Shown: piece by piece, positions 50,036 through 59,502 of the stretch | Position numbering within the stretch: position 1 is the stretch's first letter | How the letters are laid out: each line of letters begins with the position of its first letter | From: a virus | Lineage: Duplodnaviria > Caudoviricetes | DNA length: 64,000 bases | Direction: 5' to 3' (one strand) | Virus record (IMG/VR): IMGVR_UViG_3300021387_001464 | Location: 1 to 64,000 of that record | The notes under the pieces: model-generated | The model's database searches: none | Seen by the model: only the letters and a program-made list of their open reading frames with translations | What the model was told of the DNA's origin: nothing | Translations under genes and position numbers: made by a program

Positions 50036-50788
50036 ATGGCAAACTTACAGAACCATATTGACGACGAAACCCGCAAGGCATTGCAGCAGATAGCCGCCGC
50101 ACAGCACGCTGCCACCGATGCCGCCAAGGCGAAGCGTGACCGCACGGCGATGATGGCCGACGTGATCCGTCAGCAGCGCAAGGGTGGCGGTTTCAAGGGT
50201 GATGCTAAGGTGCGCTGGACGCTGCAGGATGCCGACGTGCTGCTGATGCGTGGACTGGCCTATGCCATCGGTCCTACGGCGCAGTGGTTGCCGGAGTACG
50301 ACCAGGTGGCCGACTGGCTCAGCGACAACCAGGGCAAGGGACTGATGTGTATCGGCGACTGCGGACGTGGAAAAACCATCATCACTCGCGACATCCTGCC
50401 ACTGGTGTTCAAGAACTACATCCAGATACACGATGCCCAGGCCGACTACTGGTTCCACCCCGTATATAGCTACTTTCAGGCGAAGGAGTTGAAGAGCCGC
50501 TGGGACGAGATAGTACGTGGCAAGATTATCTGCATCGACGACGTGGGTACCGAGCCGATTGCGAAGGTGTATGGTGAGACGCACAACTACTTCTCTGAGC
50601 TTGTTGACCTCTGCAACGACCGCGACAAGCTCTTGATATGCTCCACCAACCTGACCCATGCGCAGCTCTTCGGTGGTGAGGAGGACGGCATCGTCTATCC
50701 TGCCCGTTGCGACCAGCGCACCTTCTCGCGGCTGGTGGGCAACACCGTGCGCGTGTATTTTGAAGGAGACGATTTACGAATTAAATAA
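50036..50788 (+). CDS. DnaC/IstB-like helicase-loader ATPase
   Basis: GDCGRGKT, IDDVGTE, STNL, SRL. Confidence 0.8.
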   Translation: MANLQNHIDDETRKALQQIAAAQHAATDAAKAKRDRTAMMADVIRQQRKGGGFKGDAKVRWTLQDADVLLMRGLAYAIGPTAQWLPEYDQVADWLSDNQGKGLMCIGDCGRGKTIITRDILPLVFKNYIQIHDAQADYWFHPVYSYFQAKELKSRWDEIVRGKIICIDDVGTEPIAKVYGETHNYFSELVDLCNDRDKLLICSTNLTHAQLFGGEEDGIVYPARCDQRTFSRLVGNTVRVYFEGDDLRIK

Positions 50789-50802
50789 AAAACATTAAGA
50801 CT

Positions 50803-51024
50803 ATGATTCATTTCGGAAAAGACCCTCACGAGGACAAGGTGATTATCGAGGTCGGCAATGAAGACCTGCTGCACCTGAAGAATGTGCTGATGGCCATGCC
50901 GCTGCCCGAGCGGCGCGTGTTCCACGGCGTCAAGGAACTGCTGGAGACCGACAAGGCGCTCCGCAAGTACATCGACCCACAAATGACAAGGAAAGGAGAC
51001 AATGACAATGGTAAAGGCGAATAA
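50803..51024 (+). CDS. hypothetical protein
   Basis: ORF in operon. Confidence 0.7.
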   Translation: MIHFGKDPHEDKVIIEVGNEDLLHLKNVLMAMPLPERRVFHGVKELLETDKALRKYIDPQMTRKGDNDNGKGE

Positions 51025-51249
51025 ATTGTGTCGGGGCGAGCACTGCCCCAGCCGTGTCCAGTGCATCCACTATCTGCAGTATATCACCAGCACCGAGGCA
51101 GCGCCCTCGATAGCCCACTGCACCGACGGCAAACTGTTCGAGCGTGACCCGAAGAACGTGCATCCGCAACATCGCCGTTAAGGACTACGAATTTCACGAA
51201 TTGAACGAATTGGTTTTTACGACAACAGATTACACGGATTACACGGATT

Positions 51250-52188
51250 ATGACAATAGGACTGATAGACGTTGACGGGCATAACTTCCCGAACCTCGCA
51301 CTGATGAAGCTGTCGGCTTACCACAAGTCGATGGGCGACACGGTGGAGTGGTACGGCATCTTTGGCGAGTACGACCGGGTGTATATGGCAAAGGTATTCA
51401 CACATACTCCCGACTACAACACGGTCATACCGAACGCAAAGGAGATTGTGCGGGGCGGTACTGGCTACGACATCAAGAGCCGACTGCCAGAACAGGCAGA
51501 GAAGATAGTGCCAGACTACTCGCTCTATCCGTACATCGACAGCAAGACCGCTTACGGGTTCCTTACAAGGGGTTGCATCCGCAAGTGCCCTTGGTGTATC
51601 GTGCCGAAGAAAGAGGGCAGCGTCTATCCCTATCAAGACGTAGAGGATATTGCCGTTGACGGACGTTCACGGCTCATACTGATGGACAACAATATCCTTG
51701 CCCTGCGCGACTATGCCGAAGAGCAGTTTGTAAAAATCATCAAGAACGGCTACCGCGTAGATTTCAACCAAGGTCTTGATGCAAGGCTGGTGGACGATGA
51801 TATGGCGAAGATGCTGGCATCTATGAAATGGATAAAGGCCATCCGCTTCGGCTGCGACACTCCCAAGCAGGTCGAGGAATGTGACGTCGTGATAGATAAG
51901 TTGCGCACCTACGGCTTCAATGACGAGGTGTTGCTCTACACGATGATATACGGCGATATCAACGAATGCTTTGAGCGCATCAACCATTGGCGCGACCCCA
52001 AGTATCGGACGCTGGTAGTCTGTCAGGCCCAACCTCAGTTAGACTTTACAACCACTAAGCAGAACATTCCACAGTGGCAAAAGGATATGGCGCATTGGGC
52101 AAACAAGCGTTGGCTGTACTTCGCCGACGATTTCCATAATTTCAGTCCCCGCAAGGGCTTCCGATGCAGGGAATACTTTAATTCGTGA
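51250..52188 (+). CDS. radical SAM protein
   Basis: FPNLALMKLS, TRGCIRKCPWC, DFNQGLDAR. Confidence 0.9.
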   Translation: MTIGLIDVDGHNFPNLALMKLSAYHKSMGDTVEWYGIFGEYDRVYMAKVFTHTPDYNTVIPNAKEIVRGGTGYDIKSRLPEQAEKIVPDYSLYPYIDSKTAYGFLTRGCIRKCPWCIVPKKEGSVYPYQDVEDIAVDGRSRLILMDNNILALRDYAEEQFVKIIKNGYRVDFNQGLDARLVDDDMAKMLASMKWIKAIRFGCDTPKQVEECDVVIDKLRTYGFNDEVLLYTMIYGDINECFERINHWRDPKYRTLVVCQAQPQLDFTTTKQNIPQWQKDMAHWANKRWLYFADDFHNFSPRKGFRCREYFNS

Positions 52189-52298
52189 AATTCGTGTAAT
52201 TCGTGGTCGAAAAAGAACAATCCGTTCCATCCGTGCCATCCGTGTTCAAAAATAAATAAAACAACCCAAATATTCACTTATTAAACATTTTCAAAACA

Positions 52299-53534
52299 AT
52301 GAGAACAAACGAGATTTCTATCGACGTGCAGGGCTTCAAGAAAGTCCTCGACATGGTGAAGGGCTGCGTGCCCTCGAAACCCACAATGCCTATCCTCGCC
52401 AACGTGAAGCTGGACTGGGACAAGGCTACTGGCAAGTTCTACCTCTCTGCCTCCAATGGCGATCAGTATCTGACCGTGGAGTGTGCCGAGCGCCGCAAGG
52501 TGGACGACGGCATTCAGATCGAGGCTTGTGTTCACATGCTGAAGGAAGACCCCAAGGAGCACTGGCAGCCCGTCTGTCTGCCCTTTGCCGCCCTGCGTGA
52601 GATGTTCGCCCTGCTGCCCGCCGCCCGCCGCTGTCTGGTGCAGTTGGAGGAGAAGGACGATGTGCGCAAGATGAAGATTGACTATCAGGAAGGCAAGACG
52701 TCGCTGCCTTACGATGCCGCCGACGAGTTCCCCGTGCCTCCCGCAGTGGAAGCCGAGAAGTGTCGCTTCCAGACCGATGCCGCCCCACTGCTCACCGCCG
52801 TGCGCAGTGCCAAGACCTGTTCTGCTGACGACGAGTTGCGTCCCGTGATGAACTCGGTGTGTCTCGACTGCTTCATTGACAGCATCGTAGTCGTAGCCTC
52901 CGACGGTCATACTATGTATAAGCAGGTGCTCGAAACGCCAGGCTACATGCAGCAGGTAGGCTTCCCCGCCGATGGCAGCACCCGTCTGCTGTTGCCCAAG
53001 CAGGCTATGTCGAGCGTTGTCAGTGCCCTCGACAAGAGCGAGCGCATCACTGTCACTGCCGACTCGCAGCGCATGCAGTTCTCTACCGACGGCGTGACAC
53101 TCATCACCCGCTGCATCGAGGGCAACTACCCCAACTACGAGGCCGTCATCCCCAAGGACAATCCTTATAAGGTATCTATGAGTCGTGACACCCTGCGCAT
53201 GGCTCTGCGCCGTGTCGGTCTGTCGGCCAACACATCGAGCAACATGGCTACCCTCTCTTTCGCGACCGACGCCTTCGTGGTGGCTGCCGATGACTACGAG
53301 TTCTCCCGCGAGGGCTCTGAGCGTGTGCCCATCCAGCAGAACGACGCCTTCCTGCCTGCCGATTTCAAGATAGGCATCAAGATCAGCAGCACCCTCGACC
53401 TGCTCGACCTGCTCGACGAAGACAGCATCCAGTTGTTCCTCTCCGACCCCAGCCGTGCCATCCTGCTGAAGAACGAGTCGCCCACGCTGCAAGGCAAGAC
53501 GCTCCTGCAGATGCCGATGTTGGTAAATCAGTAA
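52299..53534 (+). CDS. dnaN: DNA polymerase III beta sliding clamp
   Basis: PILANV, DELRPVMN, VASDGH, IEGNYPNYEAVIP, LQMPM. Confidence 0.92.
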   Translation: MRTNEISIDVQGFKKVLDMVKGCVPSKPTMPILANVKLDWDKATGKFYLSASNGDQYLTVECAERRKVDDGIQIEACVHMLKEDPKEHWQPVCLPFAALREMFALLPAARRCLVQLEEKDDVRKMKIDYQEGKTSLPYDAADEFPVPPAVEAEKCRFQTDAAPLLTAVRSAKTCSADDELRPVMNSVCLDCFIDSIVVVASDGHTMYKQVLETPGYMQQVGFPADGSTRLLLPKQAMSSVVSALDKSERITVTADSQRMQFSTDGVTLITRCIEGNYPNYEAVIPKDNPYKVSMSRDTLRMALRRVGLSANTSSNMATLSFATDAFVVAADDYEFSREGSERVPIQQNDAFLPADFKIGIKISSTLDLLDLLDEDSIQLFLSDPSRAILLKNESPTLQGKTLLQMPMLVNQ

Positions 53535-53764
53535 GTTTTTAACGACCACGGATTACGCGGATTGACACGGATTATAGCCCGCCCAAAGAAGAACAAAGGT
53601 CGTCGCTTGTTGCTCCTCAAAATCCAAACAAAATCTATTTTGAAAATCGCAATGTACCTTGAAGGATTTTGAACAAAGATTTTTGGAAGATTTTAAGCCC
53701 ACAAGGGCGCCCAAAAGAATCCGTGAAATCCGTGCCATCCGTGTTCAAAAAAGAAAAAGCAATT

Positions 53765-54163
53765 ATGAAATGTGATAAGATTTATATTTCAGGCCCTATC
53801 AGCAGCCGACCGCTGGGCGTGGCTATCAACCACTTCATGCTGGCGGAAGCCAAGTTGCAGGCGCAAGGCTACCGCACTTGCAATCCGCTGAAGATGCGCC
53901 TTTGCGTGTGGCTGGCTCAGCACGGCCACTACCGCCTCTGTCTCTGGATTCAGCTGTTGTGGATGTCGGCCACGTGTCAGTGCATCTATTTGCTGGACGG
54001 GTGGCACACGTCCGACGGCGCAAGGGCAGAGCGTGCCGTGGCGCGAGTGATGGGCATGACCGCCCTCTACGAGAAGCAGCGTAGAGCTCCCAGTAATATA
54101 CCAGCACCGACCCACGTGCTGACACCTGAGAAGAAAACGAGTAAGAAACATAAAAAGAACTAA
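53765..54163 (+). CDS. DUF4406-like protein
   Basis: KIYISGPI..NPL..CIYLLDGW..SDGARAE. Confidence 0.8.
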   Translation: MKCDKIYISGPISSRPLGVAINHFMLAEAKLQAQGYRTCNPLKMRLCVWLAQHGHYRLCLWIQLLWMSATCQCIYLLDGWHTSDGARAERAVARVMGMTALYEKQRRAPSNIPAPTHVLTPEKKTSKKHKKN

Positions 54164-54169
54164 GGCGAT

Positions 54170-54652
54170 ATGGGAATGATTGACCAAATGAAGTATGCCA
54201 AGATACTGTATCTGGCAGACGTGTTGGAGGATATTCAGAACGACATGAGCAGGGACTACCGCTGCCACAACTACGCCGAAAGCATCAGCGACATTGTGAA
54301 AAGGCTACGAGAGACGATAGCCGTTACCGATGCGCAGGGCGAAATGAAGTGCGAGGACTTTGAAATCAGGCGCATGGAGTACCGCAGGAAGATTTGCGTG
54401 TTGGATGTACCAATCGAGGGAATAGACGATATGGAGAAATACATCCGTCGTGACGTAGAAAATAGCCTACTGCACGAAATCGCAGAAAAGAAACTGATAG
54501 ATGTCCGCAGGCATGAGGATCGTGACAACAACATGTTGATATTTACGGCATCGTTGATAGTCGGGGTAAGCAAACAGCCATACGTCCCGCAAGAGACACC
54601 GCCGACATTCGTTGACAATTTGGCAAAGTATTTAGAAGAGACCAGACAATAG
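54170..54652 (+). CDS. hypothetical protein
   Basis: 160 aa ORF. Confidence 0.75.
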   Translation: MGMIDQMKYAKILYLADVLEDIQNDMSRDYRCHNYAESISDIVKRLRETIAVTDAQGEMKCEDFEIRRMEYRRKICVLDVPIEGIDDMEKYIRRDVENSLLHEIAEKKLIDVRRHEDRDNNMLIFTASLIVGVSKQPYVPQETPPTFVDNLAKYLEETRQ

Positions 54653-54753
54653 TAATAACCAATTAAAAACATTTGCGATTATGAGATTTAGAGCCCCTTG
54701 ATAAGGGGCGGCTATAATGCAGGGATTTATATCAACATTAAAAAGTAATTATT

Positions 54754-55326
54754 ATGAGATCAAGAACAGCACAATGGTTTGAGTGCAAAATCAAGTATGA
54801 GAAGGTGATGGAGGACGGGCTGCAGAAGCAGGTCGTGGAGCAGTACGTGGTTGACGCCCTGTCGTTTGCAGAGGCGGAGCAGCGCATCATCGAAGAGATG
54901 TCGCAGTACATCAGCGGCGAGTTTGAGGTGACGGACGTGAAGAAGGCGGCCTACAAGGAAGTGTTCTTCATGCAGGACGGCGAGAAGATCCTGTCGCACG
55001 AGACGGAGAAGCTGAGCCGTGCCATGAACAAGGGCAGGGAGGCCGCTATGGAGCAGTACAACAAGCCGATGGACTGGAATCCGAACAATGCTGACACCCG
55101 CTGGTACAAGGCGAAGCTACAGTTTATCACCATCGACGAGCGGACGGAGAAAAAGAAGCGTACCAACGTGACGTATCTGGTGCAGGCTTGCTCGCTGCAC
55201 AATGCGCTCGACAACATCGACACGGTGATGAAGGGCACAATGATTGACTATGTGCAAGCCAACGTCGGCGAGACACAGCTGGTGGACGTGTTCGAGTACA
55301 GCAAAGGCAATGAAGTCGAGGAGTAA
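54754..55326 (+). CDS. DUF4494-like protein, copy 2
   Basis: Near-identical to 39573, with an internal insertion. Confidence 0.85.
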   Translation: MRSRTAQWFECKIKYEKVMEDGLQKQVVEQYVVDALSFAEAEQRIIEEMSQYISGEFEVTDVKKAAYKEVFFMQDGEKILSHETEKLSRAMNKGREAAMEQYNKPMDWNPNNADTRWYKAKLQFITIDERTEKKKRTNVTYLVQACSLHNALDNIDTVMKGTMIDYVQANVGETQLVDVFEYSKGNEVEE

Positions 55327-55363
55327 GTTTTAACGACCACGGATTACACGGATTTCACGGATT

Positions 55364-55555
55364 ATGGATTGCTACATGGGTATTCACGTCGCACTTGGTA
55401 AGAGCGACATTATTACAGACTGCAAATATTGCCGCAAGACCGACCGCAAAGGGTTTGGTCTTGACTATGCCTACGGCTATGAGTGTCGCATCAAGTCAGA
55501 GAAGCGCAACTGTAACCGATGCCGTTATTGCTACTTTGGCCGCAGACGGTGGTAA
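55364..55555 (+). CDS. small Cys-rich protein
   Basis: Flanked by inverted nonamer repeats. Confidence 0.55.
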   Translation: MDCYMGIHVALGKSDIITDCKYCRKTDRKGFGLDYAYGYECRIKSEKRNCNRCRYCYFGRRRW

Positions 55556-55618
55556 TCCGTTAAATCCGTGTAATCTGTGTTCAAAAAAAATAATTAGTGG
55601 TTAAAAAGGAATACGACA

Positions 55619-55948
55619 ATGAGACAACTATCAGAAATTAAAAAGGACATTGAGGTGATCGACGGAAAGATTGCCGCATTGAAGGAGCAGCGCAGAGTGC
55701 TGGCCAACGAGGGCATGGAGCGCATGTTTGCCGACTTCTGCGAGAAGTACGGCGTGAAGAAGGGCGATGTGGTGCATACCGACCGCTACGGCGACATGAT
55801 GGTGTGCGGCATCGACGCCCGATGGGGCGACTGGATTCAGATTCGCAAAATCAAGAAGGACGGCCAGCCGTACTGTGTCACCAACGTGCAGTCGCAGAGT
55901 GTGTTTGAAGGCTGCAAGGTTATCGGACATATTGATATGGAGGACTGA
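55619..55948 (+). CDS. hypothetical protein
   Basis: ORF in operon. Confidence 0.75.
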   Translation: MRQLSEIKKDIEVIDGKIAALKEQRRVLANEGMERMFADFCEKYGVKKGDVVHTDRYGDMMVCGIDARWGDWIQIRKIKKDGQPYCVTNVQSQSVFEGCKVIGHIDMED

Positions 55949-55950
55949 CA

Positions 55951-56352
55951 ATGCAAGCATTTACTATCAAGACAAACAAGAGCGACTATCCATTCCTGGT
56001 GATAGCCGACGGTTTCAAGAGCGCAGTCGAGGTGTTGTATCAGAAAGGCATCTACGACACCGACATCGTTTCCGTGCAGCAGATGGAGTCTGTCAAAAGC
56101 GACCATATCCTCATTGAAGAGCGGCTGACCGACAAGGAAGTTCTCAGGGAGGAAGTGCGCCGTGAGTTGCAAGAGACTATGCCGAAATGGATGCCAGAGC
56201 CTGCTGGAGCGGCAGGCGGTGCCGACCGCGACATCTACCTGATAAGAACGTCAAAGGGGCATTACTTCACGTCATCGTGCATCGGTGGCAATAACCACTA
56301 CCTTGTGCTTGACGCATTGGAGCAACTGCCAGGATTGCCAAAGCAAGACTAA
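55951..56352 (+). CDS. hypothetical protein
   Basis: ORF in operon. Confidence 0.75.
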   Translation: MQAFTIKTNKSDYPFLVIADGFKSAVEVLYQKGIYDTDIVSVQQMESVKSDHILIEERLTDKEVLREEVRRELQETMPKWMPEPAGAAGGADRDIYLIRTSKGHYFTSSCIGGNNHYLVLDALEQLPGLPKQD

Positions 56353-56397
56353 TTCACGCCGCAAGGCATAGTATTAACAATCAAAATTCAAACGACA

Positions 56398-56871
56398 ATG
56401 CAAAACTTTGATGAATTGGCTGAGAGGTATCTCGGCCTGGTGGAGAAACAAAAAGAGAGTGAGGGCAAGGCTGTGGACAGCTTTACCCATGGTGACATGG
56501 AGACGTGCTTTGTGTCAGGGGCACAGTCGATGGAGCAGTTGCAGGAGGGCTGCGAGGGCACCTTTGGGCAGGCCATCGGCTCGCTGAAGCACGGCTTTCT
56601 GGTGCGTCGCAAGGGCTGGAACGGCAAGGGCATGTTCCTCTTCATGCGTCCGTGGGACTCGCTGAAGGACGGGTTTATCATCGACACGGTGAAGTCGCTG
56701 CCCTACAACTTCAAGGAGTGGGTCAAGGCACACCCCAACGCCGAGGGTGAGCGGTTCTTCGACCAGTACATCTGCATGAAGGCCGCCGACGGCACGATAG
56801 TGAACGGCTGGAATGCCACACAGGTGGACATGCTCTCCGAGGACTGGGTGCTGGTGGACCCCAACGAGTAA
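56398..56871 (+). CDS. DUF2829 / Tad2-like nucleotide-signal sponge
   Basis: FGQAI..LK.G..VRRKGWNGKGMF...GW..TQ.DMLSEDW. Confidence 0.75.
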   Translation: MQNFDELAERYLGLVEKQKESEGKAVDSFTHGDMETCFVSGAQSMEQLQEGCEGTFGQAIGSLKHGFLVRRKGWNGKGMFLFMRPWDSLKDGFIIDTVKSLPYNFKEWVKAHPNAEGERFFDQYICMKAADGTIVNGWNATQVDMLSEDWVLVDPNE

Positions 56872-57291
56872 GCCCACACAGCCACCGACCCCGCAGGGCG
56901 ACCGCCCCTGCGGGGGATTGGAAAACGAACCACTAATTTCACGAATTAAACGAATAAAATTATCAAAAGGAATTATGAAAATTGTAAGATTTGACGAAAA
57001 AGGAAATTGTCAGTTTGTATATTTCAACTGGCGCAAGTTTAAGTTTGAAACATCGTGCTGGGCAAACAATATCAGCGGATTGTTTGGTAAGAACAACAAC
57101 AAGAAGCATTTGATTATAGGACTTCACAATATGTAGGAGACGAAACTATGGCAGAAGGTTATAGCATTGATTTTGGTAGGTTCGTATTGGGTTGTTGCAA
57201 GACATACACAACCTACGGCAAGTGCAAGACTAAGGAAGGAACGATTTATCAGTTCTGGAAGTTATACATTTGGATAAAGGAGGACTGATAT

Positions 57292-57510
57292 ATGAAGATA
57301 GAGATTGACATTGTGCCCGAGAAGTTGGTGACAAAGCAGGGCGAAGTAAAGTTTGACCCTTCCAACGTCACCTGTGCAGTATGTGGTAAGAAGATGCGAT
57401 TGAACGGGATGAACAACGACGGACAGGACTACGATTTTCACTATGTCTGTCCTGACTGCGACACCGACACCCGCATTTGGGCGAGACAACTGCACGGCTT
57501 TATAGACTGA
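57292..57510 (+). CDS. small Zn-ribbon protein
   Basis: CAVCG...CPDC. Confidence 0.7.
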   Translation: MKIEIDIVPEKLVTKQGEVKFDPSNVTCAVCGKKMRLNGMNNDGQDYDFHYVCPDCDTDTRIWARQLHGFID

Positions 57511-57701
57511 ACGAAACGGCTATGGAACACCTAACCCTACCACCCGATGTATTGGCAACAGTGCCAATAACCGACATTCGGCATACGCTCAGCGAGATAG
57601 ACAAGCACCGCCATGTTCATGCTATCATGAGAATGTCAGACAAGCAGCGGAGCCAATACTCTAACGAGTACAACCGAACCCATAAAAAGTAAAACAAGGA
57701 T

Positions 57702-57842
57702 GCCTCTGAAAGCGTCGCAGAATAGAGCAACGGCGCATGGATTGTTAGTCAGGCCAAAAAGAAAGCCCCACGGGAACCAGCAACGGCCTACGGTTTGAAA
57801 ATCTTCGCAAGAGCGGTGGTGCGATACCACCCAGAGGCTCCA
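57702..57842 (+). ncRNA. candidate 141-nt tRNA-like RNA
   Basis: 7-bp acceptor GCCTCTG/CAGAGGC, T-arm GGTGG-TGCGATA-CCACC, T-CCA 3' end; intergenic. Confidence 0.6.
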
Positions 57843-57856
57843 CAAAACGAAACAAT

Positions 57857-58258
57857 ATGCCACAGCAACTTGAATTATTCAGAACACCACCAAAGCCAAC
57901 AAAGCAAGTGGTGAACACAGAGAGAGCGAAATCCATGCCACCGTATGACCCTAACGCTTTTCACCACATCTACGAAATCAAGGAGAACGGCGAAAGGGAA
58001 TGGGTGGACAGTTACACGTCGAAGTTCAGCGTGAAATATGCGATGGAGATATTCTATTGCAATCAGAAGCACAGGAGTTCATTCGACTTGAGCAACATAA
58101 GGGAAGCTCAGCGGGCTATCAAGGTGAGCGAATCAATGCGCTCGGTGACATTGGAACTTAACGGGCATCTGTATATCTGTACGAGCAAGCCCGGCAAATC
58201 AGTCGTTGAAGGGAAAAACGGCAGCAAGTTCGATTATGAGCCTTGGCGACCTGAGTAA
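57857..58258 (+). CDS. hypothetical protein
   Basis: 133 aa ORF. Confidence 0.75.
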   Translation: MPQQLELFRTPPKPTKQVVNTERAKSMPPYDPNAFHHIYEIKENGEREWVDSYTSKFSVKYAMEIFYCNQKHRSSFDLSNIREAQRAIKVSESMRSVTLELNGHLYICTSKPGKSVVEGKNGSKFDYEPWRPE

Positions 58259-58428
58259 ATCCGTAAAATCCGTGAAATCCGTGGTCAGCCCTCACTCCTC
58301 AGACATCAGCCATCTGAAAAAGTCTGTCCCACTTTCGCCAGCGCGATGTATTACCTTCGTACCGGCAAACAATGTCCGCAAGGACTGATGCAAAATTCGT
58401 AAATTTGCCTACGAAATGAAAAAACAAG

Positions 58429-58484
58429 AGTGCTTGCACTTTTTCCAAAAAGTGCTTGCACAATCTGGAAAGAGTGCTTGCACT
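58429..58484. repeat. AGTGCTTGCAC x3 at 22-bp spacing upstream of the HU-like gene
   Basis: Copies at 58429, 58451, 58473; imperfect palindrome. Confidence 0.85.
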
Positions 58485-58544
58485 CCCTGAAAATGGCCAT
58501 AAGGCAAAATGTAACATATTTTTAATTTTTAAAACCAAAAGAAA

Positions 58545-59039
58545 ATGGCACAAATGACCATGAAAGTGCGTAAGGTGAACGCACAGAACCCCAAGACGCA
58601 GGCCAAAGGCTTTGCCGCCCGCGCCATCACCAATGGTAAGCAGTCGTTTGCAGACATCTGCGAACTGGCAGGACTGAACACCACGATGAACGTGGCTGAG
58701 CTGGAGGCTGCCGGCAAGCTGATTCTGCAGGCCGCTGCCCGTGAGTTGAAGAACGGCAAGATTGTGGACCTGGGTCCCATCGGCGCTATCTACCCTGCCG
58801 TGAGCGGCAAGTGGGCTGAGAAGGCGGAGGACTTGCAGAAGAGCGACCTGACGCTGAAGGTGAACTACCGTCCGAGCGACGAGATTGACGCTGCCATCAA
58901 GGGTGCCAAGCTGGCATGGGCAAGCGCCGAGGACGAGAAGAAGGAACAGGAGAACGGTGGCGAGAACACCACGACTGATCTTGACGAGGGCGGCAACACC
59001 GGCGGCGGCAACACCGGCGGAGGCTCGGACGAAGGCTAA
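58545..59039 (+). CDS. Bacteroidetes HU-like DNA-binding protein
   Basis: ELKNGKIVDLGPIG, VNYRPS, GGNTGG tail. Confidence 0.8.
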   Translation: MAQMTMKVRKVNAQNPKTQAKGFAARAITNGKQSFADICELAGLNTTMNVAELEAAGKLILQAAARELKNGKIVDLGPIGAIYPAVSGKWAEKAEDLQKSDLTLKVNYRPSDEIDAAIKGAKLAWASAEDEKKEQENGGENTTTDLDEGGNTGGGNTGGGSDEG

Positions 59040-59094
59040 TGTCTGATGTCTGATGGCTGATGTCTGATGTAAGACGTCACCACCAAGGGACAAG

Positions 59095-59226
59095 CGGGGC
59101 TGCGCGGTATGTCCGCAGCGGACCAACATTCCCCACCTTACCATCGTCAGCGACAACGCTACGGCTGACACCCCGAGGGAATGCCGCGAGATGGGTAGCG
59201 CCATCCGCACCCCGCTCTTTTTTTTA
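59095..59226 (+). ncRNA. candidate multi-stem structured RNA ending in a U-tract
   Basis: Five nested complementary stems, then CT9. Confidence 0.45.
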
Positions 59227-59256
59227 GAACGACAACAAGATTTTTTAATAGGCGAT

Positions 59257-59499
59257 ATGAACACAATACTTATAGTTATACTGACGATAATGGCTATCAT
59301 CGTGCTGATTGCCATCTATGTTTCGGCATGGAAATGCGGCTGTCAGGCAGGCATCGAGTATGCAATGAAGTACAGCGTCAGCCGAACTGTTGACGAAATA
59401 CGCAAGGGTTTCGAGCAGATGGGCTACGGCAAAATATTCGACAAGGTAGTAGAGAACACGCTCAACATCGAGAAATTGGAACAATACAAGGAGGGCTGA
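59257..59499 (+). CDS. small membrane protein
   Basis: N-terminal TM helix. Confidence 0.7.
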   Translation: MNTILIVILTIMAIIVLIAIYVSAWKCGCQAGIEYAMKYSVSRTVDEIRKGFEQMGYGKIFDKVVENTLNIEKLEQYKEG

Positions 59500-59502
59500 C
59501 GC

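Noticed and set aside
52281-53549. 422-aa minus-strand ORF, and similar long antisense ORFs (28167-29348, 58299-59315)
   Set aside because: These are shadows of well-supported plus-strand genes with strong codon bias.
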